Shown: positions 8,491-15,773 of the stretch, piece by piece | Layout of the letters: every line of letters begins with the position of its first letter | How positions within the stretch are numbered: the first letter of the stretch is position 1 | Source of the DNA: a virus | Taxonomy: Duplodnaviria > Heunggongvirae > Uroviricota > Caudoviricetes | IMG/VR virus record: IMGVR_UViG_2939172355_000006 | Location: 1 to 16,754 of that record | Strand: one strand, 5' to 3' | DNA: 16,754 bases | Notes under the pieces: model-generated | What the model was told of the DNA's origin: nothing | The model's input: the letters and a program-made list of their open reading frames with translations, nothing else | Database searches by the model: none | Made by a program: the position numbers and the translations under genes

Positions 8491-9364
8491 GGTGTTTACT
8501 CCGTTTACCGGTCTGGCAAAAAGCCTGCGTGCTGCCGTGCATCACAGCTCACCGATTTACGTCAAACGTAACATTCTGGCCTCAACGTTTATCCCACACC
8601 CGTGGCTTTCTCAGCAGGATTTCAGCCGCTTTGTGCTGGATTTTCTGGTATTCGGTAATGCGTTTCTGGAAAAGCGTTACAGCACCACCGGTAAGGTCAT
8701 CAGACTGGAAACCTCACCGGCAAAATATACCCGCCGTGGCGTGGAGGAGGATGTTTACTGGTGGGTGCCGTCCTTCAACGAGCCGACACCTTTCGCGCCC
8801 GGCTCCGTGTTTCACCTGCTGGAGCCGGATATTAATCAGGAGCTGTACGGTCTGCCGGAATATCTCAGCGCCCTTAACTCTGCCTGGCTGAATGAGTCGG
8901 CCACGCTGTTCCGCCGCAAGTATTACGAAAACGGCGCTCATGCCGGATATATCATGTACGTCACTGATGCCGTGCAGGATCGCAACGATATCGAAATGCT
9001 TCGCGAAAACATGGTGAAGTCGAAAGGCCGCAACAACTTTAAAAACCTGTTTCTCTATGCCCCGCAGGGGAAAGCTGACGGCATTAAAATTATCCCGCTC
9101 AGTGAAGTGGCAACGAAGGACGATTTTTTTAATATCAAAAAAGCCAGCGCCGCTGACCTGCTGGACGCGCACCGCATCCCCTTTCAGTTGATGGGCGGCA
9201 AGCCGGAGAACGTCGGGTCGCTGGGTGATATTGAGAAAGTAGCAAAGGTCTTTGTCCGCAATGAGCTTATCCCGTTACAGGACAGGATCCGCGAGATAAA
9301 CGGCTGGCTCGGTCAGGAGGTCATCCGATTTAAAAACTACTCACTGGACACTGACAACGGCTGA
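8489..9364 (+). pseudogene. Portal protein (P2 gpQ-like), C-terminal ~270 codons; 5'-truncated
   Basis: ...SPIYVKRNILASTFIPHPWLSQQDFSRFVLDFLVFGNAFLEKRY...YIMYVTDAVQDRNDIEMLRENMVKSKGRNNFKNLFLYAPQGKADGIKIIPL...GQEVIRFKNYSLDTDNG reads as the C-terminal part of a P2-family portal. Strand and position next to cos fit the P2 map. The N-terminal part and the terminase gene P are missing; the exact 5' boundary is uncertain. Confidence 0.6.
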
Positions 9365-9369
9365 ACATC

Positions 9370-9391
9370 GCCGCCTGCGGGCGGCTTTTTT
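9370..9391 (+). terminator. Rho-independent terminator after the portal fragment: GCCGCC-tgcg-GGCGGC followed by TTTTTT
   Basis: Perfect 6 bp GC stem with a 4 nt loop and a run of six T residues, 6 nt after the stop codon at 9362-9364. Confidence 0.65.
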
Positions 9392-9533
9392 ACACCCCGT
9401 CATCACGCCCTCACACGTTCGCCACTGTACAAAACACCCCGCAGACACACCAACGCCCCGGCAGGCCGACTAAACGCCATCACGACGCGCTCAGACGCTG
9501 AAAAAATAAAATCAGCACCACCGCCAGCGCGCA

Positions 9534-9552
9534 GTGCTTTCCCCGCCTCGCC
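9534..9552. other. cos site: 19 nt P2-type cohesive end sequence (reverse orientation in this window)
   Basis: GTGCTTTCCCCGCCTCGCC at 9534-9552 is the reverse complement of GGCGAGGCGGGGAAAGCAC, which I recall as the P2 cohesive end. Its position between the portal gene 3' end and the old/tin-position cargo is as expected. Confidence 0.55.
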
Positions 9553-9779
9553 CGCCCGCTTCATGGGTCGGTTTTGATGCAATTCCAAAAGCCGTCCAAA
9601 CTCTCTTAGGCTAAATGTCCAACGAGAAAATAGTTCTTTGAATGTGAATGCATTTTAATGCAGAGTTATGCCCAGCATTTTTGTACACTTCGATGTATCA
9701 AATGCGCTGCAAACGATCAAATATGGATGTTTTATCAAGCATCCCCCAAAAGATATTTACATCATCCCATGAGGTTAAG

Positions 9780-10853
9780 ATGGATAACAAAATCGTAGAA
9801 ATTGAGACAAATAAGCTTGATTTTGACCCTAAAAACCCACGTTTCTTTCGTCTCAATGATGCCAGTAACGCTGCAACAGTCATTGAGGAAATGTTAGATG
9901 ACGAAAGTGTCCACGATCTAATGCTATCAATCGGTCAGCAAGGTTACTTTCCTGGAGAACCTTTATTGGCAGTAAAAAGCAATGGAAACTACATCGTGGT
10001 TGAGGGAAACAGACGCTTAGCTGCTGTAAAGTTGCTCAATGGAGATCTGCTTCCTCCAAAAAGAAAACTTAAAGGTGTGCAAGAAATCATTGATGATACT
10101 ACCAATAAACCTAAGAAGCTTCCCTGCATCATTTATGAAAACCGAGAGGATGTACTGAGATATATCGGTTATCGTCATATAACTGGGGTCAAAGAATGGG
10201 ACTCATTATCTAAAGCCAAATACCTTAAAGAGTTATGTGATACTTTTTATTCACATGAGCCTAAAGAGATAGTATTAAAAAATCTGGCTCGTGAGATTGG
10301 GAGTAAACCACATTATGTTGCAACACTTCTCACTGCACTGAACTTATATGAAGTCGCGCATGACCATGAGTTTTTTAATTTACCCATGAAGGCTTCTGAC
10401 GTGGAATTTTCATATATAACCACAGCTTTGGGATATTCAAAAATCACAAACTGGTTAGGTCTACAGGATAAAAAGGATTTTTTAGACCCAAATTTAAATG
10501 AAGAAAACCTTAAGCGTTTATTCTCTTGGTTTTTTGTGCCTGACCAACAAGGTAGAACCATCATCGGTGAGTCTCGAAGAATAAAAGATATTGCAGCAGT
10601 GGTTGAGAAACCCGAAGCAATTGAAATTCTCATGAAAAGTTCAAACTTGGATGAAGCATATCTATATACCAGCGGAGAAAGAGAAGCATTAGATAAAGCA
10701 CTAAACGCAGCTAGTGTTAAATTAAGAGTAGTTTGGGATATGCTACTTAAAGCTAAAGAATTAACATTAGAGCATGAAGAGGCTGCATCTGAAATTTTTG
10801 AGATGTCAAAAAATATTAGAAATCAGATCAGAAGCAAAAGGGAGGATGATTGA
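9780..10853 (+). CDS. ParB/Srx-like nuclease-domain protein, 357 aa (cargo gene 1 in the old/tin position)
   Basis: ATG at 9780 preceded by GAGG (7 nt spacing). The N-terminal ~90 aa carry ParB N-terminal domain signatures: IVEIETNKLDFDPKNPR ... VHDLMLSIGQQGYFPGEPLLAVKSNGNYIVVEGNRRLAAVKLL (GxRR box at about nt 10005-10016). C-terminal two thirds are helical and unrecognised. AT-rich. The track start at 9648 has no RBS and is rejected. Confidence 0.8.
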   Translation: MDNKIVEIETNKLDFDPKNPRFFRLNDASNAATVIEEMLDDESVHDLMLSIGQQGYFPGEPLLAVKSNGNYIVVEGNRRLAAVKLLNGDLLPPKRKLKGVQEIIDDTTNKPKKLPCIIYENREDVLRYIGYRHITGVKEWDSLSKAKYLKELCDTFYSHEPKEIVLKNLAREIGSKPHYVATLLTALNLYEVAHDHEFFNLPMKASDVEFSYITTALGYSKITNWLGLQDKKDFLDPNLNEENLKRLFSWFFVPDQQGRTIIGESRRIKDIAAVVEKPEAIEILMKSSNLDEAYLYTSGEREALDKALNAASVKLRVVWDMLLKAKELTLEHEEAASEIFEMSKNIRNQIRSKREDD

Positions 10854-11883
10854 GATTATGATTACAAATCTTGATTCAATGCCTTCTAATGAGCCTTATT
10901 TATGGGCTGATTATATTGAGATATTGGCCTTAACTAATATCGACAGGTCATTCAGTCGAGGAGACCTATATAGCACACTGCAAGCTCAACCCGAAGCAGT
11001 ACTAGCTGAAACAGATGAAGCAGAAGAAGAGGGCGTTTATGATGTTGATGATGAAAATGATACGCCTGTACGCAAGAGAACAAAACGAAGTGTTAGTCGA
11101 GCATATACTGACAGAAAGTGGAGCTATGCGATAGGCTTCATACGACAACGCATTGATTTATTTGGGGATAGTTACCCTTTTACTTTATCAGAAGACAACG
11201 ATACTGTAGAGTTACGTGATATATCAGAAAAGCCACTGGAACATTTAGAAAGACTATATTTAGCTTTACTAATCTGTGCTAACATAAAATATGTCAACAT
11301 AATGAGCAGAAGAGAGATAACGCGCAGTTTTGAACTAATTAGTTTACCTATTTTTGAAAGCCTAATGCCTAGCGGTAGCATAATAAAAGCATGCTGGGCT
11401 TCTGGTGGTCAAGCGGCCCCTTACACTGGAACTCTATATAATAAATTTAAGAGTATTGCTTCCGATATCCGTTGCACAGCGAACTTCAAAGAACGAGATT
11501 TCAGTCGAGGAAATAGTGGTGACGGAGGCCTTGACATAATTGCCTGGCATCCAATGGGAGATCAACGAGATGCCATCCCTATTTCTTTTGTTCAGTGTGG
11601 CTGTTCTCAAGAAGAGTGGGAAGCGAAGCAGCTTGAGGCCTCACCTGCGATGCTCTACAGTAAATTCCCCGTAGCTCACCGATGGGCAACTTATTATTTC
11701 TTACCTCAAGATCTACGATGGATAGATGGTGAGTGGGCGCATAAAAATAAGTTAGGCGATGCTATTTTTGTTGATCGCCTAAGATTAATCAATTTAACCA
11801 GAGCATCTGATAATATTGATCACAGTCAAAATATTAGCTATCTAGATATCATCCTTGATCCTTCCAGCGCGATCGCTGCTTAA
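10846..11883 (+). CDS. Hypothetical ~340 aa protein, candidate PD-(D/E)xK-type nuclease (cargo gene 2), translationally coupled to the ParB-like gene
   Basis: Start ATG at 10846 overlaps the upstream stop (ATGATTGA) with GGAGG immediately 5'; an alternative ATG is at 10858. C-terminal region has ...GNSGDGGLDIIAWHP-(x21)-ISFVQCGCSQEEWEAK..., compatible with a D ... E-x-K catalytic core (about nt 11520-11630). Stop TAA at 11881-11883 overlaps the convergent methyltransferase stop. Confidence 0.65.
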   Translation: MIEIMITNLDSMPSNEPYLWADYIEILALTNIDRSFSRGDLYSTLQAQPEAVLAETDEAEEEGVYDVDDENDTPVRKRTKRSVSRAYTDRKWSYAIGFIRQRIDLFGDSYPFTLSEDNDTVELRDISEKPLEHLERLYLALLICANIKYVNIMSRREITRSFELISLPIFESLMPSGSIIKACWASGGQAAPYTGTLYNKFKSIASDIRCTANFKERDFSRGNSGDGGLDIIAWHPMGDQRDAIPISFVQCGCSQEEWEAKQLEASPAMLYSKFPVAHRWATYYFLPQDLRWIDGEWAHKNKLGDAIFVDRLRLINLTRASDNIDHSQNISYLDIILDPSSAIAA

Positions 11884-12818
11884 TCCCATAAATCTGGAAG
11901 GTTTCTAGCAACCGCCTCAAACAATGGAGGCGGTACTGCATTACCTACCACAGTATATTTCATATTAATAGAAGCCCGTTCAGTTTCTGGGAAAATTAAA
12001 TCCCCAAAACCTTGTAAAATAGCAGCCTCTCGATAGCTAAACCTACGAGCTGGTGCATCCGAAGTAAATTGCCACTTATCAGGTCCCAATTTTTCTAATG
12101 TTGGACTTATTGGATGTAGAGGCATATGTCTAGGATTTGCAACAATTGTTTTAGATATCTGATCCCAATCTTGCCTACGGTTTCGCGATAGATAATACCA
12201 ATGAAAATCGGCGTCATAAAACTCGCCAACAGGCCAAACAGGCATATGCCCAATAGCATCACGAATTGTGGAATATGGTGTCAAACCATCACCATGTGTT
12301 GGTTTTGGAAATTTGTATGTAATACCGTAGTCCTTTCGTATTCCTACGATAAAGATTCGCTTCCTATCTTGGGATACCCCATAATGGGACGCATTCAGAA
12401 TTTGCGAGCTTACTGTATAACCTGCTTCTTCGAAAACTTTGAATTGATCCTTTAATAAATGCTCAAAGTTACGCCTTACCATACCAGAGACATTCTCTAC
12501 AATGAATGCTTTTGGCTTAATTTTACTCAAAGCACGGGCAAACTCTAAATATAGTGTATTAATCTTTCTATCTGCCTTCCTTGCCCCACCTTGACTAAAT
12601 CCTTGGCAAGGATAGCATCCGATGAGCAACTCAGCAGAAGGGAACGACTGGAGCCCTGAGATATCGCCCAAAATGTAGTCAGTTTCAGGATGGTTTTCTA
12701 AGTAAACGTCCCTTGCGTAAGGCAAAATATCATTTGCCATAAGCACATTGAAACCTGCGTTCAAAACTCCCGCATCAGAACCACCACATCCAGAAAAAAG
12801 TGAAACTACAGTTGGCAT
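11880..12818 (-). CDS. DNA (cytosine-5)-methyltransferase, 312 aa (cargo gene 3)
   Basis: Canonical m5C-MTase motifs in standard order: FSGCGG (motif I, aa 8-13), PCQGFS (motif IV, aa 70-75), ENV (motif VI, aa 108-110), QDRKRIFIVG (motif VIII), GNAVPPPL (motif X). ATG at 12818 preceded by GGAGG at 5 nt. Convergent with the upstream ORF, with a 4 nt overlap (TTAA). Confidence 0.9.
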   Translation of the reverse strand: MPTVVSLFSGCGGSDAGVLNAGFNVLMANDILPYARDVYLENHPETDYILGDISGLQSFPSAELLIGCYPCQGFSQGGARKADRKINTLYLEFARALSKIKPKAFIVENVSGMVRRNFEHLLKDQFKVFEEAGYTVSSQILNASHYGVSQDRKRIFIVGIRKDYGITYKFPKPTHGDGLTPYSTIRDAIGHMPVWPVGEFYDADFHWYYLSRNRRQDWDQISKTIVANPRHMPLHPISPTLEKLGPDKWQFTSDAPARRFSYREAAILQGFGDLIFPETERASINMKYTVVGNAVPPPLFEAVARNLPDLWD

Positions 12819-13060
12819 TGACCCCTCCTAAAAACCGACCGCGTATTATAGCGAAACACCCCGTTGGGAAAAGCTAGATTTTGCCAAGTCTTGATATTCT
12901 CACGTTTTAGTAGTTGTGGCCATCTTTAACGAGAAAAAGATAAAATTGACTTCTCATTAATTTTCAATAGGTTTAATTGTAAGCTCAAACTAACGCCTCG
13001 CGACACTCGTTATTCAACCCCGCCAGCCCTGAAAACAAGTTTCACGACTGGCGGCGTTCT

Positions 13061-13267
13061 CTATCGTCTGCGTTGTGGTGGCGCAACTCTGGACTGACCG
13101 ATATGGTTAAACCGCCCGTAATTATCCCGGACTATTTCGGCACACCCGACCAGCTCATCGGGCGTCAGATTTTCGTTGACCATAATCCGCTGTAAACGCT
13201 GAACAATAGCCATCAGCTTGATATTTTTAGTTTTATGGTGCGGTATCTCGCCTGGTATTCTGTGCAT
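13061..13267 (-). CDS. Small hypothetical protein, 68 aa, translationally coupled (TAATG) to the upstream gene
   Basis: ATG at 13265-13267 overlaps the TAA of the preceding gene. MHRIPGEIPHHKTKNIKLMAIVQRLQRIMVNENLTPDELVGCAEIVRDNYGRFNHIGQSRVAPPQRRR. No recognisable domain; could be a regulator. Low confidence that it is expressed. Confidence 0.4.
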   Translation of the reverse strand: MHRIPGEIPHHKTKNIKLMAIVQRLQRIMVNENLTPDELVGCAEIVRDNYGRFNHIGQSRVAPPQRRR

Positions 13268-13719
13268 TATCCAAGCCACCCGTTTTGCTGTGCACGCTCC
13301 ATCTGTTCATCTGAATAGTTCCATGCTCCATCCGTGGCAACCATTGCCCCGCCAGACATCCCCGTCTCTGGTTCATACATAACAGCAAGGCCGAGCTGAT
13401 GCATAATTTCATGATTAATTCTGAATACCAGACCACGCTCACTAAGTTCTTTCCAGTTCACAATCTCACATGCGCCTGTATTAAGCCGCTCAATACTTAG
13501 CAAGACATAATCTTCCAGCCAGTCTGACAGGTCAGTAACATCTGTTATCCGGGCTTCAACCTTTCGCCCCGTATACACACCCTGCACCCATTCATGCAAA
13601 ATCAACGTGTCCCCGCGCTCATAATTACGGTCATTTTTCCGAAACTCTGCGCGTTTCTTTCCTTCCAGCACAAGGTCAAAATATTTTGCGTGCAGCTTTA
13701 CCTCGTGAATTTTTGCCAT
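13267..13719 (-). CDS. Hypothetical 150 aa protein with ASCH/DUF3850-like N-terminal region and a C-terminal HExxH motif
   Basis: ATG at 13719 overlaps the upstream stop (TAATG) with GGAG 9 nt upstream. [44 protein letters not shown]... resembles the small ASCH-like proteins found in P2-family early operons; the tail contains FRINHEIMHQLGL (HExxH). Confidence 0.55.
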   Translation of the reverse strand: MAKIHEVKLHAKYFDLVLEGKKRAEFRKNDRNYERGDTLILHEWVQGVYTGRKVEARITDVTDLSDWLEDYVLLSIERLNTGACEIVNWKELSERGLVFRINHEIMHQLGLAVMYEPETGMSGGAMVATDGAWNYSDEQMERAQQNGWLG

Positions 13720-14252
13720 TATGTCCACTCCATTACTGTTGAGAATCCCGGCCACTCATCAGCGACCGGATACGTGAATTTTTTCCCGTCATAATTTACG
13801 GTCGCTCCACGCGCCAGCGCCTCAAGCTCCCATCGCTGAGGCCTGATACCGTTCTGAGCAAGGTCAACGCGGATACGGGTGATTTGCATTCGTTCCGACC
13901 GGGTCAGTCTGGCCGACGGTGCAATTTCATGTGTTTTTAACGGGCTTCCGTTTCTTTGTTGACGATTTGGTGTTTTCAGGCCGTGTTTTAATGCTCCCCT
14001 GAGCGCCCTCACGACCTCCGGGTCATTCCATTCGATAACACCGTCATCAACCAGATTTAGCACTGCTGCGGCGTGCTCAGAAGGTGTGGGAGCCGGTAAC
14101 GAAGCATCACTACCGGTGAGCTTTGTGATGTGGCGAATCATGGCGTCAAGATGAGAAGAAAAGCGCGTTGCTGCGTCGGCCTGTGCTTCGGTTCTGACCT
14201 GTTGCAGCAGTAATGCGTATTTACCGCACTGATTTTCAGAAACTGTATGCAT
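13719..14252 (-). CDS. Early-operon ORF, 177 aa; probably a deletion fusion whose C-terminal ~140 aa derive from the 3' end of replication initiator gene A
   Basis: ATG at 14252 with GGAG at 6 nt. The C-terminal part (...[38 protein letters not shown]...[21 protein letters not shown]) matches what I recall as the C-terminus of P2 gpA, but no rolling-circle initiator domain and no ~2.3 kb A gene exist anywhere between B and cos. The fusion interpretation is an inference. Confidence 0.5.
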   Translation of the reverse strand: MHTVSENQCGKYALLLQQVRTEAQADAATRFSSHLDAMIRHITKLTGSDASLPAPTPSEHAAAVLNLVDDGVIEWNDPEVVRALRGALKHGLKTPNRQQRNGSPLKTHEIAPSARLTRSERMQITRIRVDLAQNGIRPQRWELEALARGATVNYDGKKFTYPVADEWPGFSTVMEWT

Positions 14253-14315
14253 GACTTTCTCCAGGCAAAAAGAAGCCCCGCACAATTAAGTGCGTTAAAA
14301 ACTCTGGTTAATTAC

Positions 14316-14816
14316 TTAATGCAGATATTGCTCTGGTTTTACCGACGTCAGGATTGTCGGTGCATACTCAAACAGGCTGAATAATTCACGTAATGCACGG
14401 AATAAGGCATCACGCCAGTAACATGATTCTTCATTAATTCGCCAGTATGGCTGGTTGAATTCTTTTTCAGTCAATCCGGCATGCATAAATAAAGTACGGC
14501 GCTGACTGACAGTTAAAAAGCTAATATATGCATACTCACTTGCACCGACCTGACGGCGTTTTGAGAATGCCCCACGCAATTCATCAATTGCACATACCAG
14601 TCGTTCACGTTCGACGTCGTTCATTTCTTCAAAACGCATCGTTGCGTGACGCTGTTTTAACTGTGCATGAAAGCAAACCGTTAGCCGTTCGCGCTCCATC
14701 ATCTGATTATAATAATCACATGTATCCTGCCAGCGAGGGACGGCAAGATGCTTGCCAATTATCCGGCGCATAGCTGCTGGCTGTTTTTCAACGAGATTGA
14801 GCGTCATCACTGTCAT
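14316..14816 (-). CDS. Replication protein B (P2 gpB-like, helicase loader)
   Basis: 166 aa MTVMTLNLVEKQPAAMRRIIGKHLAVPRWQDTCDYYNQMMERERLTVCFHAQLKQRH...; length and position (after cox and a small ORF) match P2 gene B. Confidence 0.65.
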   Translation of the reverse strand: MTVMTLNLVEKQPAAMRRIIGKHLAVPRWQDTCDYYNQMMERERLTVCFHAQLKQRHATMRFEEMNDVERERLVCAIDELRGAFSKRRQVGASEYAYISFLTVSQRRTLFMHAGLTEKEFNQPYWRINEESCYWRDALFRALRELFSLFEYAPTILTSVKPEQYLH

Positions 14817-14983
14817 TTCCAGCCCCTCCGGCTTTTCAGAAAGGTCAGAGCCTTTTTTAACGGACTCTGTTTTTTGGTGCGGATAATGATTCCCTTACGC
14901 CCCTTACCGTGGGTGATGGTGAAGTCAATCGCCCTGGGGCTTTCGTTACGCAGTAACTGAGCAATACAACGCGGTTCACTCAT
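14813..14983 (-). CDS. Small early-operon ORF between cox and B (P2 orf78 position), 56 aa
   Basis: ATG at 14983 lies 2 nt after the cox stop; the stop overlaps the B start (ATGA). MSEPRCIAQLLRNESPRAIDFTITHGKGRKGIIIRTKKQSPLKKALTFLKSRRGWK. Start choice is uncertain (alternative ATG at 15010 has no RBS). Confidence 0.4.
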   Translation of the reverse strand: MSEPRCIAQLLRNESPRAIDFTITHGKGRKGIIIRTKKQSPLKKALTFLKSRRGWK

Positions 14984-14985
14984 AA

Positions 14986-15258
14986 TCACAACCCCATCCA
15001 CAAAAGCCATGCATCACGCTGTTCAACTGGTCGGTTATAAAACGCCTCTCGTACAGCGCGATTAAACTCTGGAATGAAAACCCACTTCTCACCGACACGA
15101 GCGTTCGGCTTACTTGGATCACGAAGCTCAATAACTGGCAACTTATTCTCTTTTACCATCTTGACTACAGCCGTTTCTGGCTTACCAAGTAACTCTGCAA
15201 ACTTAACCGTATGTACCGCATCAATCGGGTACTGAATCACATAGTCATTGACTTCCAT
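14986..15258 (-). CDS. cox: Cox-like excisionase / directionality factor and early-promoter regulator
   Basis: 90 aa, first gene of the rightward early operon, divergent from C. The central region (...KLPVIELRDPSKPNARVGEKWVFIPEFN...WLLWMGL) resembles P2-family Cox proteins (P2 Cox is 91 aa). Confidence 0.7.
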   Translation of the reverse strand: MEVNDYVIQYPIDAVHTVKFAELLGKPETAVVKMVKENKLPVIELRDPSKPNARVGEKWVFIPEFNRAVREAFYNRPVEQRDAWLLWMGL

Positions 15259-15297
15259 TGATTAGCCCTTTTTGCTTTCGTGTTACCCTTATTAGAT

Positions 15298-15338
15298 CCA
15301 GTCCCTTCTAGGTCGCACCTGTCCTTTCTAGGGACTGG
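15298..15338. promoter_or_regulatory. Operator-like element in the cox-C divergent promoter region: two 12 bp direct repeats (GTCCCTTCTAGG / GTCCTTTCTAGG) nested in an inverted repeat CCAGTCCCT ... AGGGACTGG
   Basis: Direct repeats at 15301-15312 and 15321-15332, 20 bp centre to centre (two helical turns); the outer 9 bp arms at 15298-15306 and 15330-15338 are perfect reverse complements. P2 C repressor is known to bind direct repeats at Pe. Confidence 0.45.
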
Positions 15339-15373
15339 CTAACACACTCAAAAGGTCACCAATACACAACCTT

Positions 15374-15403
15374 TTGACGGGAATATAAGTCACCAATAGG
15401 TTA
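15374..15403 (+). promoter_or_regulatory. Candidate Pc promoter for the repressor gene (TTGACG, 17 bp spacer, TAGGTT), implying a near-leaderless transcript
   Basis: -35 TTGACG at 15374-15379 and -10 TAGGTT at 15397-15402 with a 17 bp spacer. The predicted start is about 7 nt before the C ATG, and there is no Shine-Dalgarno sequence ahead of C. Confidence 0.35.
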
Positions 15404-15410
15404 CTGTCAA

Positions 15411-15704
15411 ATGCAGACATTCGAAAAACTGAAAGCGATTAGGAAAGCAGAAGGCTTAACACAGGCGAAATTCAGCGAAATTAGCGGGATAGCTCTAGGA
15501 ACAGTCAAAAATTACGAAAGTGGGCATAAAGACCCTGGTCTCAGCATCGTTATGCGAGTCACAAATACGCCTTTATTTAAAAAATATACGCTCTGGTTAA
15601 TGACTGGTGATACGTCACCACAAGCTGGTCAGATCGCGCCGGCTCTCGCACACATTGGGCAAAAACCAACAGAATCAGACCACTCCGAAAAACAGACTGG
15701 TTAA
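15411..15704 (+). CDS. C: Immunity repressor C (P2 C-like)
   Basis: 97 aa (P2 C is 99 aa); the ...FKKYTLWLMTGDTSPQAGQIAPALAHIGQKPTESDHSEKQTG tail is close to P2 C as recalled. Divergent from cox and upstream of int, as in P2. Confidence 0.8.
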   Translation: MQTFEKLKAIRKAEGLTQAKFSEISGIALGTVKNYESGHKDPGLSIVMRVTNTPLFKKYTLWLMTGDTSPQAGQIAPALAHIGQKPTESDHSEKQTG

Positions 15705-15773
15705 CACTCTATAAACATTACATTTTCACCATTTGTTACCAAGATGGTGAATACAGCGTCAGAGGGCTTTCTT

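Noticed and set aside
8324-9172. ORFs 8324..8545 (-), 8433..8891 (+), 8714..9172 (-) around the lysA/portal region
   Set aside because: Overlap the lysA and portal reading frames in other frames or antisense; products are low complexity and unsupported.
9403-9588. 61 aa minus-strand ORF spanning the cos site
   Set aside because: Lies across the cohesive-end sequence in a GC-rich non-coding region, Ala/Gly/Arg-rich, no RBS; most likely spurious.
9648-9779. Upstream 44-codon extension of the ParB-like gene
   Set aside because: No ribosome-binding site at 9648, whereas the internal ATG at 9780 has GAGG at ideal spacing and the ParB domain starts right after it.
9698-11381. Minus-strand ORFs 9698..9883, 10313..10633, 11172..11381 inside the cargo genes
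   Set aside because: Antisense to the longer, motif-bearing plus-strand genes; short, with no start signals.
12201-12455. 84 aa plus-strand ORF inside the methyltransferase gene
   Set aside because: Antisense to a gene with unambiguous m5C-MTase motifs.
13233-13794. ORFs 13233..13442 (-) and 13594..13794 (+)
   Set aside because: Alternative frame or antisense relative to the translationally coupled early-operon genes; no support.
14528-14960. Plus-strand ORFs 14528..14773 and 14748..14960 over gene B
   Set aside because: Antisense to B; His/Arg-rich products typical of spurious frames.
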